Assembly (NCBI RefSeq): GCF_000143415.4
Contig: NW_003314304.1
Span: 499,668-563,667, forward strand
Direction: 5' to 3'
DNA: 64,000 bases
From: Selaginella moellendorffii
Taxonomy: Eukaryota; Plantae; Lycopodiophyta
The notes beneath the pieces are model-generated. The model was not told the origin of the DNA, made no database searches, and saw only the letters and a program-made list of their open reading frames with translations. Made by a program: the position numbers and the translations under genes. This document shows, piece after piece, positions 49,801 to 62,517 of the stretch (positions are counted from its first letter, which is position 1; each line of letters starts with the position of its first letter).

Positions 49801-51114
49801 TTTAACATGAAAGCACTGGCTGAGAAGAGTGTTCCGCAATACGGAAGGAGTAAAAGAGCTTTTTAGCCACAGTTTCAATCCTGGCCACAGAGGTTAGCAC
49901 AAGAACAAAACCACAGAATGTTTGTACCGAGAACTTTCAGGAGTGTTTTAAGGCAGCAGAGGGCGTTCCAGAAAACGGTGCTGCCACTTTCACTCACGTA
50001 GTTGAGAACGACACCGAGGAATAATGGATAACTTTCCATGATACCGTCTTCAATCGCGGGTGCTTCGAGGCGATGCAATCTATCTTGACAGAGAGAAATG
50101 AATGAAACAGTTAACAATGATCATGAGACAAAGTTCAACTTACATGCTCTTTAGCCCCTGCCACAGAGACTCAAAGGTCACTCCCACGATGGCATTTACA
50201 GGTGATGGTGATTCCAGAAACTTCATACGTTTTTCGAGGAGTGGCTGAACAACTTCCAGTTCTTCGGCGTTTTTGAAGGGTTCCAGTGTCGTCGCAAGGT
50301 TATAGGCGACTCCTCGTACCACTTGGCTGCTGTGAAATAGTAGCGCACACAAGCCCTGAGAAGAGCGTAAGTTGAAAGAACTAAAAAAAAAAACACAGTG
50401 CCGGATACTCTCACATACCGGATACTTTCTGTCCGTGGCGAATTGGAGCTCGTGAGTGTCGGAGACGTAGCGCATGAACTGGACAAGACCTTCGTTCAGG
50501 TCGGAGTCATCGAGAAGCTCAGGATACATAAAAAGCTGCAAAAGAAAGAGTGAGAAAAGAAGAACAGGGACAAAGAATGAAAAATTCACCTCGTAGAGGA
50601 GACATGCAACGCTTCTTTCATCACCGGTCTTGACAGAGCTTTGCATGGACGAGATCACTCTCTGCTTGTCAAGTGTCAGCAACACGGCAAGGATCGGCTT
50701 GACGACAGCGTCCATGTACTCATTCCGATAGTGTTCTTTCACCTGGTAGTACTGGACGACGCAGCTCGTGCAAACACTGAGCTCGGAAGAAAGCCTCTTC
50801 CAGAGCACTTTGATCGAGAGATTTTCATCCGCGCTCTTGAAATATGCGTGAAACGTCTCGAGCAGCGGCATCGAGACGTCCCGGTGATGGCACCAGCAAT
50901 GCCGATCCGCCGGGAGCTTCTTGAGGAACTCAAACGCATCGGCGAACCTGAGGCGATTTCAAAGGGGGAGTGAAAGGGGCCGCATTCTTCGACAAAATCA
51001 CACGCCGTACCAGGATTCCTTGAGGCGCCGGTACCGATCGTCATCCTCCTCCTCCTCGATCGTCTTCCAGCGCTTTAGCAGCTCGGCCTCCCGCGCTCCA
51101 TCCCCTCCTCTCAT
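43824..51114 (-). CDS. Senataxin/SEN1-like Upf1-family SF1 helicase, long plant type, multi-exon
   Basis: N-terminal LLKRWKTIEEEE and PLLETF..KVLWKRLSSEL; helicase motifs QGPPGTGKT, CAQSNAAVDE, VVIDEAGQ, VGDPKQLP, TIDGFQGRE and RRMNVALTR. Confidence 0.93.
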
Positions 51115-51194
51115 AGGATGGATTACTCGAGCCCTAAAACCCTAAAGGTTTAACACGGAGTTTAATTCAATGGCATTTTAAACAAAACCACAGC

Positions 51195-52588
51195 TTATAT
51201 CAAACGCGCGCTTCGCGCAGCTAGAAAGCCTTCTGTGAACGCCGTGTTCTTGAACATAACCTGGGAGGACGCTACACTGTTAGCAAGATAGAACGGCATG
51301 AAAGGAAAGAAAAAGAACGAACAAGAGATGCTTACCAAGAGATTTTCCAGCTCCGGTTTTACTCCCTTTTCGATCGCCTCCCAAGTCTCCTTGTCCGATT
51401 TCTCCAGAGCTTTAGACGCGATTGTGCTCAAGATTAGCGATGATAGAGCCTCTGTACTCGCAAAGTCTGTTCTCCTGGACTCGTCGCCTGGTTTTAAGAA
51501 CTCGGGAGAATGCAAAACCAAGAGAATTCGAAGAGTTTTGCTCTTACCTCTTACAATCGCAGCAGGCTTTTCTTTTGATTTTGATTCGCTGGACGGTTTT
51601 CTCAATTCGCTGCCAGTTCCATCTGCCGCTGTGAAGTCAGTATTGAGAAAACTATGAACTCAGTGTTACTTGGCATCCCTTCCGTTGATGACTCCTTTTT
51701 ACTTGGAACATAGACGGAAAGATCTGCTTGGTCTTTTCCAGCTTGAAGAGCAGCCTAGAGCAAGTATGAAGATCATCACTCCGATTCAAACTCAAGCTCA
51801 CCTCCAGATCAACGTAGATAGGAGTTTTGCCGATCGATTCTAGGAACTGTTCCAGCGAAGCCCGAGTCACGGCTATAATACAGAAGGAAGAGATAGTTCC
51901 TGAGATGCAGAGAGAACTTAGGAAAACTTACCGATGCTTAGTTCATCAGCGACAGGAAAGATGAGTCGTGATGAGGTCTCGAACTTTTCATCCAGTAGTA
52001 GAACTATAGAGCTGCTCAAAACCAAGTCAGGGGGATTGAAAAGCACCATCGCCAAAAACAGTGTAGCCGCTCATACCTTTCAGTGGTGAGAACAAATGGC
52101 GAAACAAGCGTTGGAGGAACTCCCAGTAACTCCACAACATTTTCCTCTGGAGCAAATCGAACTCCGCCCTTCCCAACGCCAAGACGAATGCTCAGTGCTT
52201 CAAAAGGAAAGAAAAAAAAATCACAGTGAGCACGCAAAAAAACGCGAGCATTTTCTCACCTTTGAGGTCCAAGTTTGTCGACTGCTTGCAAGAGATGAGA
52301 AACATTCTACTCTTCTTGTCCTGGAAAATCCCCGCATCAAGGAGACCAAAACTTCATAAAAGACGACACATACTTTGAGAAGGAGATTTTTCGTGCCCGA
52401 GTCATTGCTCGCTGCCTAGAAGCATTACCCAGTCGGAATATTGCCACTATACCACAAATGCCACCATACCTTGTCACCGCTCGCTCGAGAGATCTCCTCC
52501 AAAGAAATCCCTCGCCCCTGACAATCCAACTGAAGCCCAGCACTGCGGTAAAACCATCACATACCTTGAGGAGCTCCAAAAGCGCCAT
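51195..52588 (-). CDS. YbaK/ProX-like prolyl-tRNA editing domain protein (PRORSD1-like), divergent, multi-exon
   Basis: Spliced exons TKNLLLK-DKKSRMFLIS..LDLK-ALSIRLGVGKGGVRFAPEE..VSPF-LLLDEKF-LEQFLESIGKTPIYVDLE; C-terminal FKNTAFTEGFLA. Confidence 0.8.
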
Positions 52589-53282
52589 GGACAATAGGGC
52601 TTTTGGAAGAATATTCTCAAGAGGTTTGGTCCCAAACTTTACTGAGGTGCCCGGAAAGGTCAGGTATGTGACAAACTTCAGTTTCTCATGAGAGACGATA
52701 GCCAAATTGTTTATAGATAAACTTCTAAATTTGTTGCTAGGGGTAAATACAAATGAAAAGTTGAAATAGATGCAGCTTTCTTAGTATGTTCTGCAAACAT
52801 GCTGAGAAAGTGGTAAATTATCTTGGGATATGCAAAATATACTTAGCAATTACATCCTTAATTAGGTTGCTGATATAGATAGATAGATAGATAAATAGAT
52901 TGTTTTATAATCTAAATTTATACGTGATATATTTAGCCAATATACCGATCTATAATTAAAATAAAAATTATGTGTAAATTATTTATATCAGAAATGGGTA
53001 ATATGTTAAAAATTGCATCAGCACGTTTTTAAATTTTGAATTAAGTGAAACAGGTATAATTATACTTTATCTCGGTAAAAAACGCAATTATTTACCTTCA
53101 ATATTTTTAGGGTTCTTCCGAAGGAGTGCCACGATCAGTTGGCAATTCCAAAGATATTACACACTGGATCCTTGTCTGGACGCGCTTCAACCTTCGCGGG
53201 TTCTCCTATTCTCGGATTTGTCTGCGCATGAGGCCTAGATAACCTTGCCGAGCTCGCATTCTTTCCAGGTAAACATTCAAAG

Positions 53283-54508
53283 ATGGTGTTCTTTGCGAGA
53301 TTTCTAGCTCTAGCATGTCTTGTGGCGATTGCTGTGGCCGATCCAGCGGCACCTCCTCCAGGAAATTAGTATGCATCAATGCTTCCTCATTGCTTCTCTC
53401 TATGTTTATGTTGATCGTAGGAGTTTTTTTTCTTTCGAATGCTAAACTTTGTTTCTCTGGGTGGATTCCAGCGCGTACCTCCGGGTGAGAGGCCGTGGCA
53501 AGCAGCTCTACGCTTGCAATGCTGCGTCCAAGTCCTGGGAGTTCGACGTTGCTTGGGCGGATTTGTTCTACACCTCGGACAAGAACTATACGCGGCGAAT
53601 TGGAGTCCACTATTTCCTCCAGTTTCCAGATGCCAAAGGTGGACGACCGTCCTGGTCGCTGTTTAGAAATCCTGGAGATCCAGACTCTGCGACTCCATCG
53701 CTCACAGTCACAGGTACCTTGTCGCTTGTTCTATCTTTTGCTGTGCTTTGTGGTTTTTATATGTTTTTTCTTTCGTTGTTTTCTGCCAGGCAAAGTGCTG
53801 GACAAAACTCCATCAGCCGGAAACATCGATGCACTGCTCCTCCAAGTTACTTCTTTCAGTGGACACACAGGCATTTCTTATATCCAGCGATATCCAGTGA
53901 GTGGAGGAGTGGCTCCTGCGGCCAACCTTTGCACCAAAGCGGGAGACACTCTAGCCGTGGACTACGAGAGCGAGTACGCATTCTTCACCCAGCTCAGGAG
54001 GCCTGCCGCTTCGGGCCTTTCAAACGCAACAAGCAACAGTACCAAGGTCGTGGCATCCTACTTTGGCGAGGGATACCAGCTCTACACTTACGAGAATTCT
54101 TCCTGGGTTCTAAAGGGAGCCTCGGCCTCCCTGAGCTCTGTTCCCGGAGGAGAGATTGTTGGGAGTCACTATTTCCTTCCTCGAGCTGATGCGAGCGGCG
54201 GACAGCCGACTTGGACCATCTACTCTCCGACTTACAGTCGTGTGACTGGCAAAGTGACCGAGAAAGTTTCAAACGACAACTCGAGTGTTCCGGTGCTTCG
54301 TCTAGAGAGGACCAGCAGCAGCGGAGAGCCGTAAGTTTTCTATCTGCGAGTTAAGATTCTAAGAGTTTCCACTTTCAGGGAAGGAATAGCGCGTGCTACG
54401 AGGATCGAGCGGTTGTCCACGCGTGGAGGTTTGCCACCCATCAATCCTGGCAAAAATGGTGAAAGATTTAGATCGCCATACACATCAATCTACTGGTTCT
54501 ATGCGTGA
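53283..54508 (+). CDS. Secreted protein with two tandem DUF3455-like domains (4 exons)
   Basis: Signal peptide MVFFARFLALACLVAIAVA. Repeat 1: GRGKQLYAC..IGVHYF..GGRPSW..IDALLL..YIQR..GGVAP..DYESEYAFF. Repeat 2: GEGYQLY..VGSHYF..GGQPTW..VPVLRL..IERLSTRGGLPP..PYTSIYWFY. Confidence 0.82.
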
Positions 54509-54614
54509 GAACTTGACAGGTTTCACTGACAGAAGAAATAAGACCTTACTGTGTTGTTCCATTCGATTTTTCTAATCCAAACTTGCGTTTCACATTCACA
54601 AAGATGGTGCCGAG

Positions 54615-56624
54615 CTAGCTCGACGAGAACTTCCTCATGGAAGACGAGCTAGAGAGCACGTACGAAGCAGAGACCTCGGGCTCCAGTTGGAGCGTCCTCT
54701 CGGCCGCAACCGAGGCCTGCCGCTCGCTCCCGTCGCAAACTTTGTTGCTCGAGTCGAGCAGGATCGTCCAAGGCACGGGACCGGGCTCAAACGGCATGAC
54801 ATCGACGAGCTCCTGCGCTAGCTGAAGCTGCCCCGACCGTCCCAGCAGATCCACCACGCACACAAAGTGATCCACGCTCGGCCTCAAACCAAAGTCCTCC
54901 TGCATGCTCCGGAAGAGCTCGAGTCCTCTACTCAGCATTCCGGCATGGCTACAGACCGAGAGCACGCTCACAAACACGATTTCGTCCGCCGCAGCGCCGC
55001 CCTCCAACAGCATGAGCTCGAAAGTCCGGATGGCCGCCTGGGACTCGCCAGCTTGAGCATAGGCCGAGACCATGGCGTCGTAAGAAGCTACGTCCCTCTG
55101 GAGTGGAGGGATTTGCCAGAAGACAGCCTCGGCACTGGGCAGTGATCCACACTTCGTGAACATCTGGACGAGAGCAGTGTCAAGCTTCTGAGAGTGGAGG
55201 CTCGCCTGGATGATCTCCTCGTGGACAAGCTTGGCTTCTCCGAGAGAAGTGACCCCATTGACGAGGCCGACGAAGGTGACATGGTTGGCTTGCACGCCTT
55301 CCAAGTCCATTCCAGCGAGAGCTTGGATGGCCTCGCGGCAGTGGTGGTTCTCTCCAAAGGCCGTGATCATCGCAGTCCAGCAAACAGCGTCGCGGAGGCT
55401 CGCTCGGGTTTGATCGAAGACTGTGACGGCGTCCACCAGGCTGCGGCATTTCCCATACATGCTCACCAGCGAGACCTGGATGCGTTGGTCGCGGTCGAGG
55501 CCTCGATCGATGACCTCGACGTGGAGCGCTCGTCCGGTTTCGAGCTCGCCAGCATCAGCGCAGGCTCCCAGCGCTGCGATGAAAGTTATCTCGTTTGGTT
55601 TGATCCTCTCGAGCTGCATGGTTTTCAGCAGCTCCAGAGCTCGGTGAGGATGGCCATTGAGATTAAACGCCGAGAGCATCGAGTTCCAAGTGACGATGTT
55701 TCGTCTCGTTGCGGGCATGGAATCAAACACTTGCTTTGCACGAAATGCTTCTCCATTTTGGGCATATGCAGTGATCATAGCGTTCCAAGCCATTTCATCC
55801 TTGTCCAGGATTACATCAAAGATCTTCCTTGCCTTTTCGACAAGACCATTGTGAGAAAACGCTTGCAGCATTGTAGTTTGAGCGACTAAGTCCTTCTCAG
55901 GCATGAGAGCAAACATCCTCTCCGCATTTGCAATTTCTCCGGCTTTGGCATACGCAGTGATCATCACAGTGTAGACGTGAATGTTTGGTTTCTCCATCGC
56001 ATCAAACAAGCGCTTCGCTTCTTCCAGCCGGTTGTGCGCTGCGTAAGCCGATATCAGAGCACCCCAAGAAACCGGATTTCTCTCAGGCATCCTATCAAAC
56101 AACTCTTTCGCACGATCAAATTCCCCTTTCTGGGCAAGTGCGGTAACCATCACAGTCCATGCCACTACATTCTTCTCGGGCATTCGATCAAACAGTTCCT
56201 GGGCTTGATCCAGGTTCCCATCAGCGGCGTAGCGTTTTATCATCACGACCCATGAGACAGGATCTCTCTTGGGCATCATTTCGAACCACGCTCGAGCGTC
56301 GTCCAAGGTTCCATTCTGGGCAATTGCCGAGAGCATAATCGTCCACGAGAAGACATTGGGTCGGCGGATGCGATCGAAGGCCAATCTGGCCCTTTCCATG
56401 TCCCCGCATCTCCCGTAGCTCTGGACGACGAGATTGGCAAGGAAAACATTCGTGCTATGGCGGCTGCTCAAGACCCTGTCGTGAATCTCGTGAATTTCTT
56501 TCACCCGGTGGGATTGCCCGGCAGATCGTAGCAGCCCAGCAAAGAAAGAAACCTCTCCCCGATCACCTCTCAAGTCACCACAAGAGACCTTTAGTGGAAA
56601 GGAAGCACAAAGAGAGAAGATCAT
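54615..56624 (-). CDS. PLS-class pentatricopeptide repeat protein with an E-type C-terminus and no DYW domain
   Basis: Intronless 669-aa ORF with repeated VSW..MI..YA..G...A..LFD.MP units and DHFVCVVDLLGRSG..MPFEP. Confidence 0.93.
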   Translation of the reverse strand: MIFSLCASFPLKVSCGDLRGDRGEVSFFAGLLRSAGQSHRVKEIHEIHDRVLSSRHSTNVFLANLVVQSYGRCGDMERARLAFDRIRRPNVFSWTIMLSAIAQNGTLDDARAWFEMMPKRDPVSWVVMIKRYAADGNLDQAQELFDRMPEKNVVAWTVMVTALAQKGEFDRAKELFDRMPERNPVSWGALISAYAAHNRLEEAKRLFDAMEKPNIHVYTVMITAYAKAGEIANAERMFALMPEKDLVAQTTMLQAFSHNGLVEKARKIFDVILDKDEMAWNAMITAYAQNGEAFRAKQVFDSMPATRRNIVTWNSMLSAFNLNGHPHRALELLKTMQLERIKPNEITFIAALGACADAGELETGRALHVEVIDRGLDRDQRIQVSLVSMYGKCRSLVDAVTVFDQTRASLRDAVCWTAMITAFGENHHCREAIQALAGMDLEGVQANHVTFVGLVNGVTSLGEAKLVHEEIIQASLHSQKLDTALVQMFTKCGSLPSAEAVFWQIPPLQRDVASYDAMVSAYAQAGESQAAIRTFELMLLEGGAAADEIVFVSVLSVCSHAGMLSRGLELFRSMQEDFGLRPSVDHFVCVVDLLGRSGQLQLAQELVDVMPFEPGPVPWTILLDSSNKVCDGSERQASVAAERTLQLEPEVSASYVLSSSSSMRKFSSS

Positions 56625-57543
56625 ACATAGCTACCTTTTGTGAAACTGAGTTCCAAGAATTAGGGTTTGATAGGGTTTAGCAAAGGATTAGTTGTAGAAC
56701 TCCCAATGAAAGTGGAGAAGATTTTATTCTCTTCCAACACCAACAATCTAGAGTATGAAGTACTTGGGGAAAAGGAGCATGGATGTTTTTGGGTAAAACA
56801 ATTCAAGCTCACCAAGCTGTGATTCATCTTTGTCAAACCTCTCTCTGGATTTGTGAGTTTCTATGGTAAAAACAATGCCAAAAAGCCTGTGGAGGAGTTG
56901 GAGTTGAAATACATCAATCCTCTGGACTATGAAAAACCTTTTAAAGTCGGCCAGCTTTCCAAGACACTTGTCCTTGGAAAGTAGGCCGACTTTAAATTGC
57001 AATTGTTCCATCCAATCTCCCGTATTACAATTCTGGTTGTGGGGCAATATCTGCCAGTGGTTATTGACGATGACCAGGACAAGCCTAACCGAGAGTTGAC
57101 CATCAGATAATTTGATGTGAAGAACGAGGGGAAATGCTAAGGCCTCAATGCAAGCTGATAGTTTTTAAAAGGGCTTCCACTCGTCACTTAGAGCGTGAGG
57201 AATTTGATCTCCAACAGATAGGATTTAACTGTAATATTTTAATAAACTGAATTTAAATTTTTTTAGCGCTTAACAGTTTGTACAAAGAGTTTTTTTTTTT
57301 TTTTTTGTGCAATAGGACAAAACAAATATGTGGCTATTAGGCTTCAAGCCACAACGTAGAATTCTCACCACTAAATATTACCCCAATATATTCATCTTTT
57401 GGACTGTATGGTTCATATTTCCAATCATACAAATAATGAAAGACAAGACGTAGAGGAAAGAACAATGTCCAATTCAGCCCATAAGTACTGGTACATCAAA
57501 CGATCCATCAAAACTTCCTCTTTGAAAAGTTTCTTCTTTTTTC

Positions 57544-59029
57544 ATGGGCTCTCTCTCGAAACTTCACGTTGTTCTTATCCCAGTTCCAGCACAGGGACAT
57601 GTCGTTCCAATCATCTATCTCGCCCGGAAGCTCGCGCTCCTCGGAGTCACTGTGACCATCATCAACGTTGATAGCATCCACGAAACCTTGCAGCAATCCT
57701 GGAAGAGAGAGGACAATCCTGTGAGTAATGGCCACAACATTCGCCTCGAGTCCATCTCTATGGACTTGCGAGTTCCCAATGGCTTCGACGAGAAGAACTT
57801 CGACGCGCAGGCCGCCTTCTGCGAGGCCATCTTCCGAATGGAGGATCCACTCGCGGAGCTCTTGTCCCGGATCGATCGAGACGGCCCCAGAGTCGCGTGT
57901 GTCGTCTCGGACTTTTACCATCTCAGTGCTCCACACGCTGCAAAGAAGGCTGGATTGGCTGGAGCGAGCTTTTGGCCGGGAAACGCTGCTTGGGCTGCCA
58001 TCGAATTCCACGTTCCAAAGCTCCTGGAGATGGGAGACGTTCCTGTCAAAGGTGAAGCTTTGATTGATCTAGAAGTGTGTTCTAAGAAAACTTGGGATTT
58101 CTATGGTGCCAGCGGGAGATGAAAAGCTGATTTCTTACATCCCTGGAATGGAGCTAAGATCGCAAGACATTCCACTCTTCATGCACGACGGAGAATTCGA
58201 GAAGAACGGGGAAGAACAATCACTGTATCGCTCCAAGAGGATCGCACTGGATTCTTGGTTTCTGATAAACTCTGTCCACGACATCGAGCCGCGAATTTTC
58301 GAAGCGATGAGGGAAGGATTCGGGGAGAATTTCGTGCCGGTTGGACCATTGTTTCCTCTCAAGGGAGAGGCGATCGATTCGACTGGATTGCAAGAGGTAA
58401 ACCTGAGAACTCCGGATGAATCTTGTCTTCCATGGCTAGACAAGCGTGATCGTGGTTCGGTCCTCTATGTTTCGTTTGGAAGCATCTCCTTCATGACTGC
58501 CAAGCAATTCGAGGAGATCGCGCTGGGATTGGAGGCAAGCAAGGTTTCTTTCCTCTGGGTGATACGATCAAACTCTGTTCTTGGCATGGACGAGGAGTTC
58601 TACAAAGGTTTCGTGAGCAGGACTGGCGGGAGAGGATTGTTCGTGAGATGGGCGCCGCAGCTAGAGATCTTGCAGCACGAAGCAACAGGGGCTTTTCTCA
58701 CTCACTGCGGATGGAACTCCATGCTTGAGAGCTTGGCGTGTGGAGTGCCAATGCTGGGGTGGCCATCTATGTTTGAGCAAAACACGAATGCCAAGCTGGT
58801 GCTGGAAGGCGAGGGCGTGGGAGTGGCATTCTCGAGATCTGGAGGGAAGGATGGATTTGCGCCGAGAGAAGAGGTGGAAGAGAAAGTGAGGGCGATCATG
58901 GAGGGAGAGCAAGGCAGGAGATTGAAAGCCAGGGCGATGGAGATTCGAGAATTGGCTGTCAAGGCTGCTTCTCCCGGAGGTTCTTCTCACACGAACCTCA
59001 AGAAATTCGTGGAGAGCCTTGCCTCGTAA
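57544..59029 (+). CDS. Family-1 UDP-glycosyltransferase (one intron, ~58052-58113)
   Basis: HVVLIPVPAQGH and the PSPG box WAPQLEILQHEATGAFLTHCGWNSMLESLACGVPMLGWPSMFEQ. Confidence 0.95.
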
Positions 59030-59039
59030 AGAAGATCTT

Positions 59040-59800
59040 CGCGGGGATACCGATCAAAAACGCTGTCGCGGCAACGATCATGATCGTCGCCTATGGCCAA
59101 GAGGGCGACGGGGATTCCGCTAAGCAGGTGTTTGATCGTGCCTTGCCCAGAATCTCCTTTGCTGGAACGCGATGCTCACAGCATATGCGCAGAACGTGCA
59201 TTTGCATTAATTGAAGCTTCTCTTTGATACCATGCCCGAGAAAGATGTGATCTCTTGGACCGCAATGCTACAAAAACAATACCTAGTTTGATAGATGCCG
59301 AGAATGTTTTTGCAACTAAATGGAATTTAGCAACCTGGACTGCTATGGGTCATGTAAATGCCCAAGTCAGGAATATGGAAAAGTTGAGGACACGATACTA
59401 GAGAAAAATCTAGTGTTGTGGAACTCTCTCATTGCAGGATTTGCTCACAATGGATCTATCGAGAAGGCGGAGAAGCTCTTTCTCGAGATGCCTGAGTGGG
59501 ATCTCATGTCTGTGAATGCTCTAATCTCTACTCATGGCAATGTCAATTGAGTGCAAGTTATTTTGGATTCCACTCCTTTGGTGAGCACCATGCTCTAGAA
59601 CACGATCCTGGTGGCCTACAGTGACAATGATTGCATCATCAAGGCCAAGACCATCTTTGATTATGAGGTGGAGCAGTGGAATCTCATGTTGTGGAACTCA
59701 ATGGTCTTGGTAGTTGAGTGGCAATCATGATGTAGCCTAGCAGTTGTTCAATGTGATGCTCAAATGAGATATGGTATTTTGCCACTCAATCCTTACGCAA
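59040..59800 (+). pseudogene. PPR gene relic
   Basis: Broken repeats IMIVAYGQEG..AKQVFD, WNAMLTAYAQN and LWNSLIAGFAHNGSIEKAEKLFLEMPE, with stops and frameshifts. Confidence 0.75.
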
Positions 59801-59819
59801 TAAGATCTAAGTATCCCAA

Positions 59820-61560
59820 GACTTGATTATAAAAGAGATTTAATATATAATTTATTAAGATTTAAATATAGAAAGAAAGAGCCCATAAATAAGAGTCTAC
59901 CCATTAAATACTGAAGAAAACAGCCCATAAATAAAAGTGCATCCAATCCCTTTAGTTACTTATAATAACTTTTTTCTGCATCATCATCAATTCTTTTTAT
60001 GCCTCCTTTTATATTGGGATTGTGGGGAAGACTTATACCATATATTTAAGAAAACTTCCAAAGCTTCCAACTTTAGAAATTCTAGATGACTATAATCTAC
60101 AAAATAGATGTAATTAATCACAACACCATTTTATGGGTAATAGAGTTAAAATGGGACTTGTATTGCTAATAGAGTTTAAAATCAATACCCAAGAAACATG
60201 TAATAAATTTGCTTATTTACAAAGTTGGGTATGATATTAATGAAACTATCACACCTAGGCAAAATGTATCCTATATGCTTGCTATCAAGAAATCTATCAT
60301 GCATGTTTTTGTACATCATAACTTAGAAAATAAATAGTTTAGAAGTTTTATAAAATATAAAATACCTACTTATTTTTCAGGCTTGCCTAACACTGACACC
60401 ACCAAGATCCATAATGCACTTGGAGAGAATGATTTAAAATGAACTTTCATTGCATACATTATAAATTTATACATTAAGTTGGGGTTATTTAGCAGAAGGA
60501 AAATGATATGGCTAACTTCAAGTAGAAGTATTTTTGACAAAAAGATATGTATCATGCATGTTGTCATTGGTCTAATTCTCAACTTTCCCATTAATATATG
60601 AAAAACTATCTAGAAAGTTGAAGAAAATGAAGTCTGAGCAAAGTTTTTTGTATCTTTCAACACGAACAGTTAAACTAGTGTTATATATCTATATGTATGT
60701 CATTGTCATGAAAGATGTCAACAATCTATTATAAAAGGCCACTAAAGACACCCATAGTGCTTTGGTGTGCTATTGGGGAAACAAAGCAAATCTATAAAAA
60801 AGCTAAGTGAATGAAAAAATAATAAATAAAATACTATTATTATATAGTATATTATTAATGAGAGTTCTTTTAACTCCTCATCATAAGCATCTCGTCAAAC
60901 ATGAATGAAACTACTATAAAAAATCATTGCTATAAAACACATATGTCCCCTTTTGGTTTGTAAAAGTAAGTTTTAAAATTGATATAATATTTTTTGAACT
61001 TTTCGATTATTGTTATTTATTGGTGGAACTTATTCCAGATTTTAACCATCTAGTGATGGAACTAATGCCTGATTTTAGTTATCTGATAGTGGAATATAGG
61101 TTTAATTTAGAGCTTCCTCATCCTCATTTTCATCATTGTTGACATCACCATCATTACCAGCATTAATAACTTCTTCCTAGTCTAATGTAAAGGTCTCTTT
61201 CCCAAGGCATTCTAATTCTCAAACACAATCTATCTATCATGCCTTTTAAACTCTTATAAATATTATTAAATATATTCTTCTATCGTTTATACCCTTTGCA
61301 ATAAGTCAAGTGTAAATTGGTGTCTCAAATGGCACACCTTTATATCAAAGAAGATAATATATTTAGGAAAGATCCTAAAAATTTTATTATACTTTTAAAC
61401 TATATATCATATGAAATAAAGCTGGCTATAGTGTTGTTTTACTTCTAGACTTATTTAGCAACCACCCCTTTGTGATCCCTTCCAAATATGCATTGACACA
61501 TGTGTTGAAGAACATGAAAATGACATTTAGATCATCATTAATGTGTAGTGTCAAAAACTT
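59820..61560 (-). mobile_element. AT-rich block, possibly a hAT DNA-transposon relic
   Basis: Only a faint GCTFI..NG*T trace at ~59900-59950 resembling the hAT GCT..DGWT motif; no terminal inverted repeats found. Confidence 0.2.
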
Positions 61561-61704
61561 CTCATTTTCACCTATAGTTTGTATGGAGTGGGATTTGAGT
61601 TTGAAGGCCTTGGTGTGAGACACAAATCGTAAGCCCTAAAGTGGAGCCGAAAGGGCACCACATGGTGGCGGCCGAAGCGAAAGCCAAACAAGCATAACAC
61701 GTTG

Positions 61705-62517
61705 NNNNNNNNNNNNNNNNNNNNNNNNNNNNNNNNNNNNNNNNNNNNNNNNNNNNNNNNNNNNNNNNNNNNNNNNNNNNNNNNNNNNNNNNNNNNNNNN
61801 NNNNNNNNNNNNNNNNNNNNNNNNNNNNNNNNNNNNNNNNNNNNNNNNNNNNNNNNNNNNNNNNNNNNNNNNNNNNNNNNNNNNNNNNNNNNNNNNNNNN
61901 NNNNNNNNNNNNNNNNNNNNNNNNNNNNNNNNNNNNNNNNNNNNNNNNNNNNNNNNNNNNNNNNNNNNNNNNNNNNNNNNNNNNNNNNNNNNNNNNNNNN
62001 NNNNNNNNNNNNNNNNNNNNNNNNNNNNNNNNNNNNNNNNNNNNNNNNNNNNNNNNNNNNNNNNNNNNNNNNNNNNNNNNNNNNNNNNNNNNNNNNNNNN
62101 NNNNNNNNNNNNNNNNNNNNNNNNNNNNNNNNNNNNNNNNNNNNNNNNNNNNNNNNNNNNNNNNNNNNNNNNNNNNNNNNNNNNNNNNNNNNNNNNNNNN
62201 NNNNNNNNNNNNNNNNNNNNNNNNNNNNNNNNNNNNNNNNNNNNNNNNNNNNNNNNNNNNNNNNNNNNNNNNNNNNNNNNNNNNNNNNNNNNNNNNNNNN
62301 NNNNNNNNNNNNNNNNNNNNNNNNNNNNNNNNNNNNNNNNNNNNNNNNNNNNNNNNNNNNNNNNNNNNNNNNNNNNNNNNNNNNNNNNNNNNNNNNNNNN
62401 NNNNNNNNNNNNNNNNNNNNNNNNNNNNNNNNNNNNNNNNNNNNNNNNNNNNNNNNNNNNNNNNNNNNNNNNNNNNNNNNNNNNNNNNNNNNNNNNNNNN
62501 NNNNNNNNNNNNNNNNN
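61705..62517. other. Assembly gap
   Basis: N run. Confidence 1.

Noticed and set aside
56700-57140. Possible gene fragment between the PPR and UGT genes
   Set aside because: Stops interrupt the plus-strand frame and the 99-aa minus-strand ORF has no recognisable motif.
18768-59029. Metabolic biosynthetic gene cluster (UGT, NiR, subtilase, transporter)
   Set aside because: No scaffold-forming enzyme and no shared pathway; the genes are interspersed with housekeeping loci.
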